A stretch of 64,000 nt of DNA from the human T2T-CHM13v2.0 reference genome, Homo sapiens, in assembly GCF_009914755.1 (NCBI RefSeq), contig NC_060939.1; one strand, written 5' to 3'. This document shows, piece by piece, positions 49,529-64,000 of this stretch. A program made the position numbers and the translations under genes. The notes beneath the pieces were generated by a model that did no database searches, was not told the DNA's origin, and saw only the letters and a program-made list of their open reading frames with translations. Each line of letters starts with the position of its first letter. Within the stretch, counting starts at the first letter, position 1.

Positions 49529-49601
49529 TGGGATTCGAAATGTAGACTGAAGTATTTCTAGCTTCCCCATCATCAATTTCAATTTTGCCAAGCTTCGAGG
49601 C
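49529..49601 (+). repeat. 73-bp dispersed direct repeat, copy 2
   Basis: 70/73 identical to 47984-48056. Confidence 0.95.
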
Positions 49602-50251
49602 AAAAATGGACACTTTTGTCTGTCCAGACACAGACACTTCTCCATAAGCATCTTTGGCAAAAGGAACTTCAGGATCAATTTTCTTCACATATGCATGGAA
49701 TTGGTTTGAAAAGAGCCACACCTGTTTACCCGCAATGCAGCTAAAAAAGAGCCACATGCAAAGAAAGAGTGGGATATAGTGAAAATACCATGGGATCTGG
49801 TATCAGTGACCCTGGAGCCTACCACGGCAGAGTCTGAGCTGGGGGTGTTGGTTTCACCATTTGAAAATATGGCTAATAAGGTGTTCCTTATTTTTTAAAA
49901 ATGCAAGGGATAATGTATATAAAAGAATGATGAAATGTTTGGTTTCATATTTTATGGTGCTTATTTACATACTTATTATTCCAAACAAGAGGTTATGCTT
50001 TAAAATCTGGAGAGGTATTTCCGACCTGGTTTCTCCAAACTTATTACTTTTATGGAGAGGAGAAAATAGGAACCTATCTTATCTATTAAGATCGTAAATT
50101 AAATCAGTACTTGATACCCTCAGTAGCAGATTTAATTGCCCATATAAAAAGAGAAGGTAAGTTTTGACAATAAATGTAAATGTAAACAAGGTCATCCTGA
50201 AACATCACAGCATTCTGGCACAGTTATTACCTATATTGATTATTTTGTTTC

Positions 50252-50796
50252 TGTGATAGTTAATTTTATGTGTCAGATTGGCTAGGCCAACCTACTCAGC
50301 TATTTGGTCAAATACCAGTCTCGAAATTGCTATGAAGGTATTTTTTAGATGAGCTAAACCTCTAAGTCAGTAGACTTTCAGTAGGGCAGATTGCTTTCCA
50401 TGTGTGTGGGGGCCTCATCTAGTCAGTAAAGGCCTTCAGAGAAAACAGACTGGAATTCCCTGGGAAAGAGGGAATTCTGCCTCCAGACCGTCTTCAGAGT
50501 CTAGATGCAACTCTTTCCGGGGTGCCCAGGCTTCTGGCCTGCCCTGCAGATTTTGGACTTGCCAGACTTTATGATTAAAGGAACAAATTATTATATAAAT
50601 TATGAATATAATTCTTTATATGAATCTCTCTTTATCTCTGTCTCCTGCTCTTCTCTCTCTCTATAAATAATATATATATGCAGTTATCCATATACATATA
50701 TATACACATATATACATTCTGTGAACATATATAAACACACACACACATGCACACATCTTATTGGGTCTGTTTCTCTGTAGAACCCTGACTAATACA
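50252..50796 (+). mobile_element. MLT2-type (ERVL) solo LTR
   Basis: TGTGATAGTTAATTTTATGTGTCA...GAACCCTGACTAATACA with TG...CA termini; 5-bp TSD GTTTC at 50247-50251 and 50797-50801; internal TA/CA repeat. Confidence 0.9.
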
Positions 50797-51665
50797 GTTT
50801 CCCTCCTTTTCCCCAAGAACAGGAGAAACTGAACTGTGAGTGGAACAAGCCACAGGGAGACAAGAAATCAAGAAATGCTGTCCCCTCACCTCTCTGCTCA
50901 GCGTCTTCCCAATGGTAGTAAAAATGTTTCCCTGCTCTGCAGATGAGCTGCTCAAGCTCCCTGGTGGGTGCAGGGGAGCTCCACTGCCTGTGTGTGACTG
51001 TCTCTCTCTCCTCTGTCTTTCTTTCCCTTCCCCACCCAATTCCTGAGTGGGAGGCTGGCTCATCTTGGGGCGGGTGGACCAGGGAGATGCCCTGTGGCAA
51101 TGGCCTGTGAAAAGGCAGGGGTCACACGCACATGGTGCTCTGAGCTCTGGGAGGAAAAGCACTTCCAGCAGGGGAGAGCAAGTCCAGGCCCCACTCCAGA
51201 GCTGGCCATGTCCTCTGGCTATGTTTCATAGCCCTAAGTAGTGTTCAGATTTCATTTAGATGAAAACAAACTTTTGACCTAATTGATATTTATTTAGATA
51301 TTCATTTCATTTATCCACTTGATCCTTTGGATTTGGAGCCTAGCAGAGTGTCCTTTCTCTCCAAATCACCATCATCACTAACTGAGGCAGAAGCAACATG
51401 CCAGCCAAGTTGGTGGCCTCCCCACAACAATGGCTTCCTGGTGCTGCAGGTGGAAGGGAGCTGGAAGTACCAGCATTCATTCCAAATTCACACACTATCG
51501 AAAGCCCACTGGAAAATGACTTGCTCATAAATTACCCTGAATTTGTGTTTTAGATAAGATGTGAGTAAATTATAGCTATTATCTATTTTCACTGTTTCTA
51601 GTGTAAGTGAATGATAAATCCTCCTCCTCCCTTTCCTCTTCCTTCTTCTTCTTTTCTTCCCCCCC

Positions 51666-51965
51666 TTTCTTTTTTCTGTTTTTGGAGACAGAGTCTCACT
51701 CTGTTGCCCAGGCTGGAGTGCAGTGGCACCATCTCAGCTCACTGCAACCTCTGCCTCCTGGGTTCAAGTGATGCTGTGCCTCAGCCTCCAGAGTAGCTGG
51801 GATTACAGGCGTGTGCCACCACGTCCAGCTAATTTTTGCATTTTTAGTAGAGACAAGGTTTCACCATGTTGGCCAGGCTGGTCTCAAACTCCTGACCTCA
51901 AGAGATCCATCCACCTTGGCCTCCCAAAATGCTGAGATTACAGGCGTGAGCCACCATTCCCGGCC
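51666..51965 (-). mobile_element. AluS
   Basis: Reverse dimer adjoining a pyrimidine-rich tail. Confidence 0.93.
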
Positions 51966-52029
51966 TCTTCCAATATTATAAAACATGGTATCACTCATTT
52001 AAGCTTCTAGAGCTAGTTGTCTACACACC

Positions 52030-52570
52030 TTCATTCATTTACTCAGCAAATAATAATTGAGGGTCTGCCACTTTATCAGATACTATTAGACCCCATAGTT
52101 TTCATCACAGGCCAAAAAACCAAGTTTCCTTGATTTCCAACATTCTAACTGATCATGGCAGTGGCGGATACAGAAGAACCAAAAACCCCAAAATGTACCA
52201 CATGAGATCATAAGTACTCTAAAAAAAAGAGGAGAAGAGAGAACAGGTAAAATAAGGTCATGTGGGAGGTGGGTGTGAAATGGTGATGAGTGTGGGCCTC
52301 CCTGAGAAAGTGACATTTAAGTCAAGACTTGCAGGAGGTAAGGGCTGTGCCCTGAGGATCCCTGGTGAAGAGCAGTCAAGGAAGAAGGAGCAGCACTCAC
52401 AAAGGTCCTGAGGCTGGAGAGGAGGTGCTATAATCCACACAACTGTAAGAAGCAGGTGTGGGCCTACGCAGAGGATGGAGGGAGCTAACAGAAAGTGAAG
52501 ATGAGACTGTAGCTTCAGTCTGAGGGAACATAACGAGCCACTGCTTTGATCACTGGAAAGATCTTTGCCA
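52030..52570 (-). mobile_element. L2 fragment
   Basis: CATTCATTTACTCAGCAAATA...GGCCTCCCTGAGAAAGTGACATTTAAG. Confidence 0.65.
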
Positions 52571-53367
52571 CGACTTCAATACTCTACTCTAGGAACCAAG
52601 TTTTGAGCCTACTTTGGCATTTGTAGGAAGAATGTGTATCTTTTCCTTTATTGCAACTAAGGCAGAGAATTCTCTAACTCTAGGAGAAGAGCTCATGTCC
52701 CCTGGCATTTTCCTGACCCCAAGCTGAGATGCTTGGCATGAGTTAAGAATGGAAAGAGCTGTTTCACTAAATTTGTACCAAACATTGGGTGTTGTTTTGG
52801 ATCCGTGGAACAGTGGGTGACACCAGCAGGAAAAGAAGAATGTTTTTCCCACTGGAGGTTAGGACCCCAGATGAAGCAGCAGCTTTAATCGGCTTTGAAT
52901 CAGCTTTGAGTAACCAGTGAGCAAATCCATGTGTCTCTGACCAGGGAGCTGTTCATGCTGCCTGGACCTCCTATATGTCTGAGTGAAAGAAGACAAAACA
53001 AAAGAAAACAAAACAAAGAAACAGAGAGAGAAGAGGAAGATAAAGTGTGAGTTCTAATGAGCTTTATTTTTCTAGGAACATGTCTTTTTCATATACATTT
53101 TCAAATGCAAGATACAAAATTGTATATAACATCGTCTTACCATTATGTAATGTTTTAGAAGACTATACTGAATTCCATGTATTATTTCTGTCATTGGTTG
53201 TGTCCTTGCCCCTTTTTCCTCAGTCAAGCTCACTGGTATTTATCAATTTCATGAGTAATAAGATTGGTATTATTCTTTCTTATATATTTAGCAAAATTTA
53301 CTGGTGAAGCCTCTAGGTCTGGAGATATTGCAGAAGTAATATTTTTAATTTAAAAATGTATTTTCTA

Positions 53368-53661
<294 letters not shown>

Positions 53662-53796
53662 AAAAATGTATTTTCTTATTAGCCATTGGATTATTAATGT
53701 CTAATATGTCTTAGGTCAGTGTTGGTATGTTACATTCAAATTTTGAAAGGAACCACTTTTGGCCTTATTGAACCTCTCTATTACATGTTGTTTATG

Positions 53797-54398
<602 letters not shown>

Positions 54399-57300
54399 TT
54401 TATATTTTTCAGAGTACCTGTAGGAAATACATGGAACATGCAATTTAAATTATTTGAGAATAATAAAAGGACTTTTACGCAAGTATGGGCCAGGGTGGGA
54501 AAATCACAGGGATGGATAATACAGTATCCTGAGAGGTGACGCTGGGGTTATAATTACAACCTCTGGGTCCAAAAGGGCAAGGGAAGGAGCAACTGCAGAA
54601 AGCCAGCGCCAGAGGTCTGGCAGAGAGGGAGGCCTGAGAGGAGGCAGTTGGGCTGTCCACGTGGAGAGAGAGTGGGAGGAACCAATGTTACGGCCCCACA
54701 CTCTTACCTTCTTCCAGGGCACCACAGAAAGCCCAAAGATGAAGGAGCCCACAGATATGGTCAGCCTCCCAAAGGGCAGATGTGAATTGAGAAAGGTCAA
54801 CTGTAAGTCTGGAGGGGCAAACAGAAAGTGCTCAGCACAGGCTCCTCTTGCTCCTCTGTCTCCATACTTTTTCCAGGTAAAAACTCTGTGTCCTCATCAC
54901 AGGAAAGGCAGCTTGACCATTTGAGGTAATGCTGATTCTGTCATATGCCCATGTAAAACATATACCCAGACCAGCATTCTCTAGCATACCCAGATGGATA
55001 ACCTTAAAAAGTACTTCAGACACTAAAAACACTAGAACAAAGACTAAAGGATTAATGAAGATCAAAGCAGGAAGCCCAAAGTTTGACTAAAACGAGTTCC
55101 CAAAAGAGAGAACAAAGAAAATGGAGAGGTACAAATTGCCTAAAACAATGGATAAATGTATTTCAATGTTAAAGAAAGACAAGTGTCTTCAAGAAAAGGC
55201 CCACCAAGCTAAAAATATAAAAGAAGAAGATACAAATTGACCTTCATCTAAAGATAATATCATAACAAAAATATTCTAAAAATCTTTTGAAGAGAAAACA
55301 AGAAGGGAAGCTATAAGAAATTATACAAAGCTTGTCATTTGAGAGAAAAGCCACATTTTTAGTTGGAAAGTTTTAACTGTTAAAAGTCAGCTGTCTTGAA
55401 GTTAACCCAAAACTTTCATACAAGCACAATAAAATTGAAAGCTGATTTTAAAATTCATATGGAATTGAAAATATAAAAATATGCATGAAGCAATTTTGAA
55501 AGCAATCTTGCAAATCCAGGCCTTAAGAAATAAGGACTAATTAAGTCCTTATTTAAGAAAGAAGGACTTTTTCCTACCAGATAAAATAATAAAATGTCAA
55601 AACCTACTACTGAATTCATTAATTTTCCATAAATAAGTTTATGTAAAAACCACATATTACATAAAGTGTATTACTTTGAAAATACATTCTTTCAGTCTCC
55701 CATTTCATAAAATATATGTAGGATGGCAGGTATTCAAGGGTATTGTAGAAAAGATAAGAGACACTAAATATCATTACTGCTGTATCTTGATGAAGTAGGG
55801 GGTATCATGGCTAATGCATATGGCTGTGCCGGTCACACACTGCACAGCTCTAGAAGAGGTCTATGTGATTAACACTTCCTAATGTTTTTAGTAGACAGTT
55901 TGGCCTGTAAGCTGTGATGGCCCTGAATGAGGTCATCAGCTAAAAGACGGAGAGTATATCTCAGAATCTTCAACAATAGATTTTAGGTCCTATCATTAGT
56001 GGTTTAGGAGCATCCTTACATAAAATAAGACTGATGCCTCTGGCATCTTCAATTCCTTCACAAGCTCCAAGGAGGAAAATGAGGCTAATGTGCAGAATAA
56101 GGCAGAATTAAGAGAGAAAGCAGAGTGATGTTCACGCGGTGGTGGAATAAGAGCGTTCTACCATTATCCCCTAGCAGAAGCATCAAACTTGACAATTATC
56201 TATAAGAGCACTTTTGTGGGGTCCAAGAATCCAGCAGATAAAGTTTTAGCACGCCATCAGAACAAAAATCTGAGAATAGATGCACTGAAAAAGATAAGAA
56301 AAACAGTTTCACTTTACCTGCATTACCTTTCCTCCAAGGCATCATAGCTCAATGCCAAGAGAGATCATTGCAGTCCATGATTTCTCCTGGTGGGTGGGGA
56401 GAGTGCAAGCATGGTTCATGAGTGCCCAGCTCCCCCAGCTTTGTAGGATACTGAACAAGACACCCACTTTCTCATCTTATCCAAACTACAATGGTGATTG
56501 GTATGGTTTAGTGGTTGGAAGAGAACAGTGACAGGGAAGAGAGGTGGGGATCTAATTTACTGCTCTGTGATTCCATCAGGAAGTGCATCTATAAGGCACT
56601 TGGAACACATTGTGTTTGGACCCCCTGAACTGGTGCATGGGCACTCAAAATGTTCGGCACAACTCGCTCCCAAGATTGGTTCCCTAAATGCACCTGCGTG
56701 AACAGCAAATGCAAGCATTTCATGCAGGTATCTGTATCAACTATGCAGGGTTGGAGGAAGACACACAAACTTGAGCATTTCAGTGCACCACTCTAGAAAA
56801 TCAAAACAGGAAGCTCTCAGCCCTGGCCTAGCTTTGCAAGATTGAAAGAAAGTGTATAATCTTAAGCATTTCCCTCCCCCAAAATGGATAAGAAGTGTGG
56901 AGTGGGTGAATCCACAGAAAAAGTCTGAGAGAGCCTCATAATCACTAACCAATCTGGTTGGTGAAGGTATTTATAGTAAGTAAAAACTGAAGGAAGTTAC
57001 TCCTTCTTCAAATGGAAAGACAGCAGCAGAAGACTTCAAGAAACATGAAAAATCAAGAAAACTTGATTTTTCCCAAAGAAATTGAGATCTACAAATTGCC
57101 TGACAAAGAATTCAAAATAACTATTTTAATGAAGCTCAGTGAGCTACAAGAAAACATAGGTAGACAACTAAATAAAACAGAAAATAGGAATCAACAAAAG
57201 AATTCCAATGAATAGATAGAAATCATGAAAAGGAAACTGAACAGAAATCCTAGAGCTGAAGAACACAGTGAATGGAATTCAAAAAATGCAATAAAAACAC

Positions 57301-57628
57301 CAACAGACTTGATCAAGCAGAAAAAAGAATCTGTGAACTTGAAGAAAAGTCATTTGAAAATATCCAGTTAGAAAAGGAAAATTTTTTTAAAAAAGAATGA
57401 AAAGGAATGAAGAAAACCGATGAGATTAGTGGAACACCATCAAGACAGCTAACATTTGCATTATGGATGTTCTAGAAGAAGAACAAAGACAGAAAGGGGA
57501 GAAAGCTTATTTAAAAAAATTATGGCTGAAAACTTCCAAAGTCTGGGGAGAAACCTGGACATTCAGGTATACAAAGCTTGCAATCTGTAATAAGGTTCAA
57601 TCCAAAGAAGGCCTCACAAGTCACATTA

Positions 57629-57863
57629 CAGGTTGAGCATCTCTAATCTAAAAACCTGAAATCTGAAATGCTTCAAAATCTGAAACTTTTTGAGAACTAA
57701 AATGACGCTTAAAGGAAATGCTCATTGGAACATTTCAGATTTCAGATTTTCAAATTAGGGATGCTCAACTGGTAAGTATAATGCAAATATTTCAAAATCT
57801 AAAACAATCTGAAATCTGAAACACTTCGATTCTATGCACTACAGATAAGGGATCCTTCACCTG
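57629..57863. mobile_element. Tigger4a/MER46A-like non-autonomous TcMar DNA transposon
   Basis: 235 bp preceded by TA; TIRs CAGGTTGAGCATC / GATCCTTCACCTG; internal inverted repeat. Confidence 0.85.
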
Positions 57864-58771
57864 CATAACGAATTGTCAAAAATTGAAGACACAGAAATTT
57901 GAAAGCAACAAGAAAAGAGGCTTGGCACATACAAGCAAACTCTGATAAGACTATTAGCAGATTTCTCAGCAGAAGCCTTACAGCCAGAAGATAGTAGAAT
58001 TATATAGATATATTCAAACTGGTAAAAGAAAGAAAGATACTGCTAACCAAGAATATTTTACCTAAAAAAGTTGTTCTTCAAAAATGGAGATCTAAAGCCT
58101 TCTAAACAAACAAAAGCTGAGGAGTTCACCACTTTAGACCTGCTTTATAAGAAATGCTAGAGAGTTCTTCAAGATAAAATGAAACAAGGCTAATTAATGA
58201 CATGAAAACATATGAAAGTATAAAACTGACAAATGGAAGTTTATCAGAATACTCTAATAATATTCTAATACTCTAATAAATTCAGAATATTCTAATACTG
58301 TAATGGTGTGTAAATCACTTAAAGTTTAAAAACAAAAGTATTAACAAAACTGTAAATACAATAGTCTGTGGATACATAATATTAAAAAGATATAAATTTT
58401 GACATCATAAACAAAAAATAAGGGGTGTAAAAGTATAGAGATTTTGTATGTGATCAAAGAAAATTTGTTATAAGCTTAAAATAGACTTTTATAACTAAAA
58501 GGTATTTCCTGTAAGCCTCACGGTAACCATAAACCAAAAACCTCTAGTTGATATATAGAAGAAAAAGAGAAAGGAATCAAAGCATACCACTCATTACAAA
58601 AAAATCATCAGTTCACAAAGGAAGATAGCAAGAGAGGATGAAACAAACAAAGAATCTACAAGGCAACTAGAAACCAATTAACAAAATGGCAATAGTAATT
58701 GCTTACCTATCAATAATTACTTTAAATATAAATTGCTTAAATACTCTAAAGATAGACTGCTCAATGGATTG

Positions 58772-58772
<1 letters not shown>

Positions 58773-58801
<29 letters not shown>
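58773..58801. repeat. (CA)n microsatellite
   Basis: Pure AC run. Confidence 0.95.
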
Positions 58802-58803
<2 letters not shown>

Positions 58804-59543
58804 ATGGTACCTACAACGGATTCACTTAAGCTTTAAGAACACACTTAGAGTCAATGTAAATAAGGAAGGTTATATTCTATGCAAATGGAAACCAAAAGAG
58901 AGTAGGAATAGCTAAATTTATACAAAATAAACTTTAAGTCAAAAACTCTCGTAAGATACAAAGAAGATCATCATATAATGATAAACAGGTCAATTCATCA
59001 GGGGATATAACAATTTCAAATATATATGCACCTAACATTACAGCACTTAAATTATATAAAGCAAATATTAATAAATCTGAAGGAAGAGACAGACTGGATA
59101 CAATAATAGTAGAAAACTTTAATACCTCACTTTCAACAATGGACAAATTGTTCAGATAGAAAGTCAATGAGAAAATATTGTAATTGAACTGCATTTTAGA
59201 CAAAAAGAGGGCCTAACAGACATATACAATGCATTCTGTCAAAAGGCAACAGAAGACTTTTTTTCTTGTACATATAAAATTATTTCCAAATTACTTTAAG
59301 TATTAGGCCACAAAACACGTTTTAACAAATTTAAGACGATTGAAACTGCATCAAGAATATCTTCTGATTACAATGGTATGAAACTAGAAATCAATAAAAA
59401 GAAAAACTGGAAAACTCACAAATATATGCAAATTAAACAACATTCTTCTGAGCAACCAAAGGGTAAGTGGTAAATTTTCCAAGAGGGAAATTTAAAAAGA
59501 TCTTGATACAAATCAAAATGGAAACACAGCATACAAAAACTTA

Positions 59544-59921
<378 letters not shown>

Positions 59922-60398
59922 TTACGTGAAGAAAAAAGAAAGATATTAAATAAGTAAGATAACCTTATACCTCAAACACTAGAAAAAGAAGAACAAACTC
60001 CAATGTTAGAAAGAAGAAGGAAATCTTAAAGATCAGAGCTGAAAAACATGAAGTAGGGACTAGAAAAACAACAGAAAAGTAAACTGAGTTGTTTCTTAAA
60101 AGACATACAAAATTCACCTTTTGCTGGACTAAGATAAAATGTGACAGGACTCAAATAAACAAAATCATAAATCAAAGTGGAGACTTGAAAACTAATACCA
60201 CAGAAATAAGAAGGACCATAAGGGTCTATGATGAACAATTATATGCCATAAAAAAGATAACCTAAAAAAGTAGGTAAATTCCTAGAAACCATATCTTACC
60301 AAGTCCAAAGCATGAAGAAATGGAGAAACTAAACATACCAGTAATGATTAAGGATATCAATTTGGTTGTTTAAAATCTCCATCAAAAAGAAGTCTATG

Positions 60399-60596
60399 GG
60401 CCAGGAACAGTGGTTCATGCCTGTAATCCCAGCACTTTGGGAGGCCGAAGAGAGTGGATCACTTGAGGTCAGGAGTTCAAGACCAGCCTGGCCAACATGG
60501 TGAAACCCCGACTCTACTAAAAATACAAAAATTAGCCAGGTGCGGTGGTGCACACCTGTAATCCCAGCTACTCAGGAGGCTGAGGCACAAGAATCA
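60399..60596 (+). mobile_element. 3'-truncated AluS with no tail
   Basis: Stops at GAATCA and reverts to L1 sequence. Confidence 0.9.
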
Positions 60597-60849
60597 TATG
60601 GCTTCACTACTGAATTCTATCAAGCATTTAAAGAAGAATTAATGTCACTATATCCCAATTGCTTCAAAAAAACTGAAGATGATGGACCACTTCCAAACTC
60701 ATTTTACTATGCCAGCATTACCCTGATATCAAAGCCAAACCAGAACACTACAAAAAAGAGAAAATCACAGACCAGTAACCCTGATGAAAACAGATCCAAA
60801 TATCTTCCATAAAAGACTAGAAAACCAAATTCAATACCGCATTAAAATG

Positions 60850-61204
60850 GCCACAGTTCTGCAGGCTGTACAAGAAGCATGATGCCAGCATCTGCTTCTC
60901 CTGAGGGCTTTTGTGCTGTGTCAAAACATGGTGAAGAAGGTAAAAGGTGAGGCGGGCATATGTGAAATGAGAACAAACCCAAGGGGTATCCTGGATTTGT
61001 AACAACCTACTCCAAGGGGAACTAATTTATTACCCCAAAAACCAATCCAGTCTTGCAAGATGAGAACTCACTATTGCAAGATGGCACCAAGCCATTCATG
61101 AGACCCCAAACACCTGCCATGAGGCCCTACTTCCCAATACTACCAAATTGGGAATCAAATTTCAACATAAAATTTAGTGGGGCCAAATAAACCAAATCCA
61201 TATC
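60850..61204 (-). mobile_element. MST-type MaLR LTR fragment
   Basis: CACAGTTCTGCAGGCTGTACAAGAAGCATG...CAAATTTCAACATAAAATTT...CCATATCA. Confidence 0.8.
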
Positions 61205-61389
61205 ATACCACCATGATTAAGGAGATTTATCCCTGGGATGCAAGAATGATTCAACATACAAAAATCAGTAATTGTGATATGTCACATTAACAGCATAAAA
61301 GATAAACAACATATCATCATCTCAATAAATGCACAAAAAGCATTTGACAAAATTTGACATCCTTTCCATGATGAAAAAACGCTCAGAAA

Positions 61390-61515
61390 GGCTCACGCCT
61401 GTAATCCCAGCACTTTGAGAGGCTGAGGCAGGAAGATCGCTTGAGCCCAGGAGTTCAAGACCAGCCTGGGCAACATAGTGAAACCCTATCTCTAGTTAAA
61501 ATAAACAAACAAATA
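61390..61515 (+). mobile_element. Alu left monomer (FLAM/AluJ-like)
   Basis: GGCTCACGCCTGTAATCCC...GCTTGAGCCCAGGAG...ACCCTATCTCTA plus an A-rich end. Confidence 0.85.
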
Positions 61516-61755
61516 AGAACATATTTCAACTTAACAATGGCCATTTATGACAACCCGACACCAACATATTTAATGGTAAAAAGCTTTCCCCCTCATATGA
61601 AGAACAAGGCAAGGATGCTCATACTCGTCCCTTTTTTCCCACATAGTACTAGAAGTCCTAGCCAAAGTGATTAAGCAACAAGGATCAATAAAAGGCATAC
61701 ACATTGGAAAGGAAGGCATACAACTGTTTGTTCACTGACATCATAATCTTTCATA

Positions 61756-61992
61756 CGGGCATACTGCATTTTATTCTGCTTCACTTTATTGTACTCTGTA
61801 GATATTGCAGTTTTCCTTTTTTTTATTATTGTTTTTTGTTTTTTTTGTTTTGTTTTTTGTTTTACAACTGAAGGTTTTTGGCACCTCTGCATTAAGCAAG
61901 TAGATCAGCACCATTTTTTTCCAACAGCATGTGCTCACTTCATGTTTCTGTGTCACATTTCGGTAATTCTCACAATATTTTGAACACTTTCC
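61756..61992 (+). mobile_element. Tigger1 5' fragment
   Basis: TA followed by CGGGCATAC...TTTTATT...CCAACAGCATGTGCTCACTTC matches the Tigger1 left end as recalled. Confidence 0.8.
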
Positions 61993-62295
61993 ATGACTTC
62001 AACACATCAACCTTCCGTCTCAAAAGAAAAGCATCCCATGCACAAACACACCATGTCCAAGGTTGTTCTGGGCTTGTTCCCACGTTATTTTAGGAGCCTA
62101 GAATATCTGCTTTTCACCAGTCCTAATCTGACATCTCCAAAGTCCAGTCTCCTACCTTTCTAGATTTCCCTCAAAGTTGCAGTCCCTTGTTTATTATTTT
62201 GTGAGGGGAAGATGAAAGGGTTCATGATCTTTAGTACAATGGCTTCCTGACCCACAGAAAAGGTTCAATGTTTTCTTGCACTTTATTCTACCTGA

Positions 62296-62633
<338 letters not shown>

Positions 62634-62700
62634 TAAACTCTCATTCTAATTGGACAATTTTAAGAAGTATTTTACTCCCAGACTTATAAAACAAGCCTAC

Positions 62701-62979
62701 AGCCAGGCACAGTGGTGCACGCATGTAATCCCAGCACTTTGGGAGGCCGAGGTGGTGGATCACTTGAGGCCAGGAGCTCAAGACCAGCCTGGGCAACAGA
62801 GCGAGACTCAAACTCTACAGAAAATTTAAAAAATTAGCTGGACGTGGGGCACCTGCCTGTAGTTCCAGCTACTCAGGAGGATTGCTTGAACCTGGGAGTT
62901 CAAGGTTGCAGTGAGCCGTGACCATGCTACTCCACTCCAGCCTGGGTGACAGGAGACCCTATCTTAAAAAAAACAAACA
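62701..62979 (+). mobile_element. AluJ
   Basis: Near-TSD AAAACAAGCC(T/C)AC; small internal deletion in the right arm. Confidence 0.9.
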
Positions 62980-63285
62980 AAAACAAGCCCACAACACTAC
63001 TTCTTTAGTTCTGAAGCACTGTAAAGTATATTTTAGATTAATAATTTCCAAACCAAGAAAATGAAAGCCTATATTAATTATAAGACCCCAAACAGAAAAA
63101 ATCTTGTAAAACGATCAAGACCATAAAATTCACATACCTTCTATTTGGTCAATGCAGAGACACAGATCTTTGTTCCGGAGTTTGAATTTAAATGCAAAGC
63201 TTCAGAGCCTGAAAATGTCTAAAATTAGACCCATGACTGACAACTGGCCTAGGCTCAATGTCTTTGGAATGTGCTCTACTAAATT

Positions 63286-63633
63286 TGCTACCATTTGAAT
63301 GTGTTCCCTCCAAAATTCAGGTGTTGCCAATGTGATGATATTAAGAGGTAGGACCTTTAGGAGGTGATTAGGCCAAGAGGGCTCCTTCCTCCTTAATGGG
63401 ATTAAGGCCCTGATGAATGAGGCTTCACACATTGGACTAGCTTGCTCTCCTGCCCTTCTGCCTTCTGCCTTCTACCATGTGAGGTGGCAACAAGAAGGCC
63501 CTCAGACACCAAATGTTGGTATTTTCATCTTGGACTTCCCAGTCTCCAGAACTGTCAGAAAATAAATGTCTGTTCTTTATAAATTACCCAGTCTCTGGTA
63601 TTCTGTTATAGCAGCATAAAACAGACTAAGAGA
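63286..63633 (+). mobile_element. MST/MLT1A-type MaLR solo LTR
   Basis: TGCTA...TTGAATGTG start, AAATTACCCAGTCTC...GACTAAGA end; 5-bp TSD AAATT at 63281-63285 and 63634-63638. Confidence 0.85.
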
Positions 63634-64000
63634 AAATTCCTTGATGATTTTTCAACAAGAGACAGTGTCACTACTTCTGGTGAGTAGTCCCTAACATGTT
63701 CTCAAATTCTCCTTTTATGCAAACATAACATTTTTTAAACTTAGTAGTTCCTTTTCCTAAAAATAACCAAATACAGGTTAAGGACTGATTAGTATTAAAT
63801 ATAAGTACAACTTTGGTGCTAAAAGTTAAGAGCTTTTGTTTTCCAGAAAATCAAATCCAAAGAATTCAGATAAAGCAATTTTCTCAAAGATGTATCATCA
63901 GTTAGAGGTAAAGCCAGAGGTGAGAAATTATATTCCATTCCAAATACAATGTGCTTTCAATTATTCCACATTAATAGTAGTTTACAAAGGAGATTTAGAG

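Noticed and set aside
58245-58300. Repeated AATA(C/T)TCTAATA units
   Set aside because: Low-complexity slippage within an old L1; not a regularly spaced array. No CRISPR-like structure was seen anywhere in the window.

Overview
Primate (very likely human) repeat-rich, gene-poor genomic DNA; no intact cellular protein-coding gene can be supported. The main content is retrotransposition products: (1) a ~3.3 kb processed pseudogene of the pacemaker channel HCN2 (- strand, 37126-40433; intronless, poly(A), exact 15-bp TSD) that splits an old MLT1 LTR and brings a CpG-dense block into AT-rich DNA; (2) a U6 snRNA/LINE-1 3'-end chimeric retrocopy (8867-9416) inside one 13-bp TSD; (3) a full-length but inactivated L1PA2-like element (16978-23017) with an apparently intact 5'UTR; (4) a twin-primed, 5'-inverted older L1PA (27851-29733); (5) about 20 Alus, older L1M/L2/MIR fragments, MaLR/ERVL LTRs and Tigger DNA transposons. 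Features the repeat catalogue does not explain include a 73-bp dispersed duplicate (47984/49529), a ~35-bp micro-retroinsertion with A-tail and TSD (12714-12748), two templated-insertion-like scars and candidate orphan exons. I found no convincing new multi-gene system; the findings are mostly unusual examples of known mechanisms plus testable regulatory hypotheses. Subfamily calls and comparisons with parent or consensus sequences are from memory, not from a search. My recollection that HCN2 and U6 pseudogenes occur in the human 15q13 segmental duplications is also unverified.
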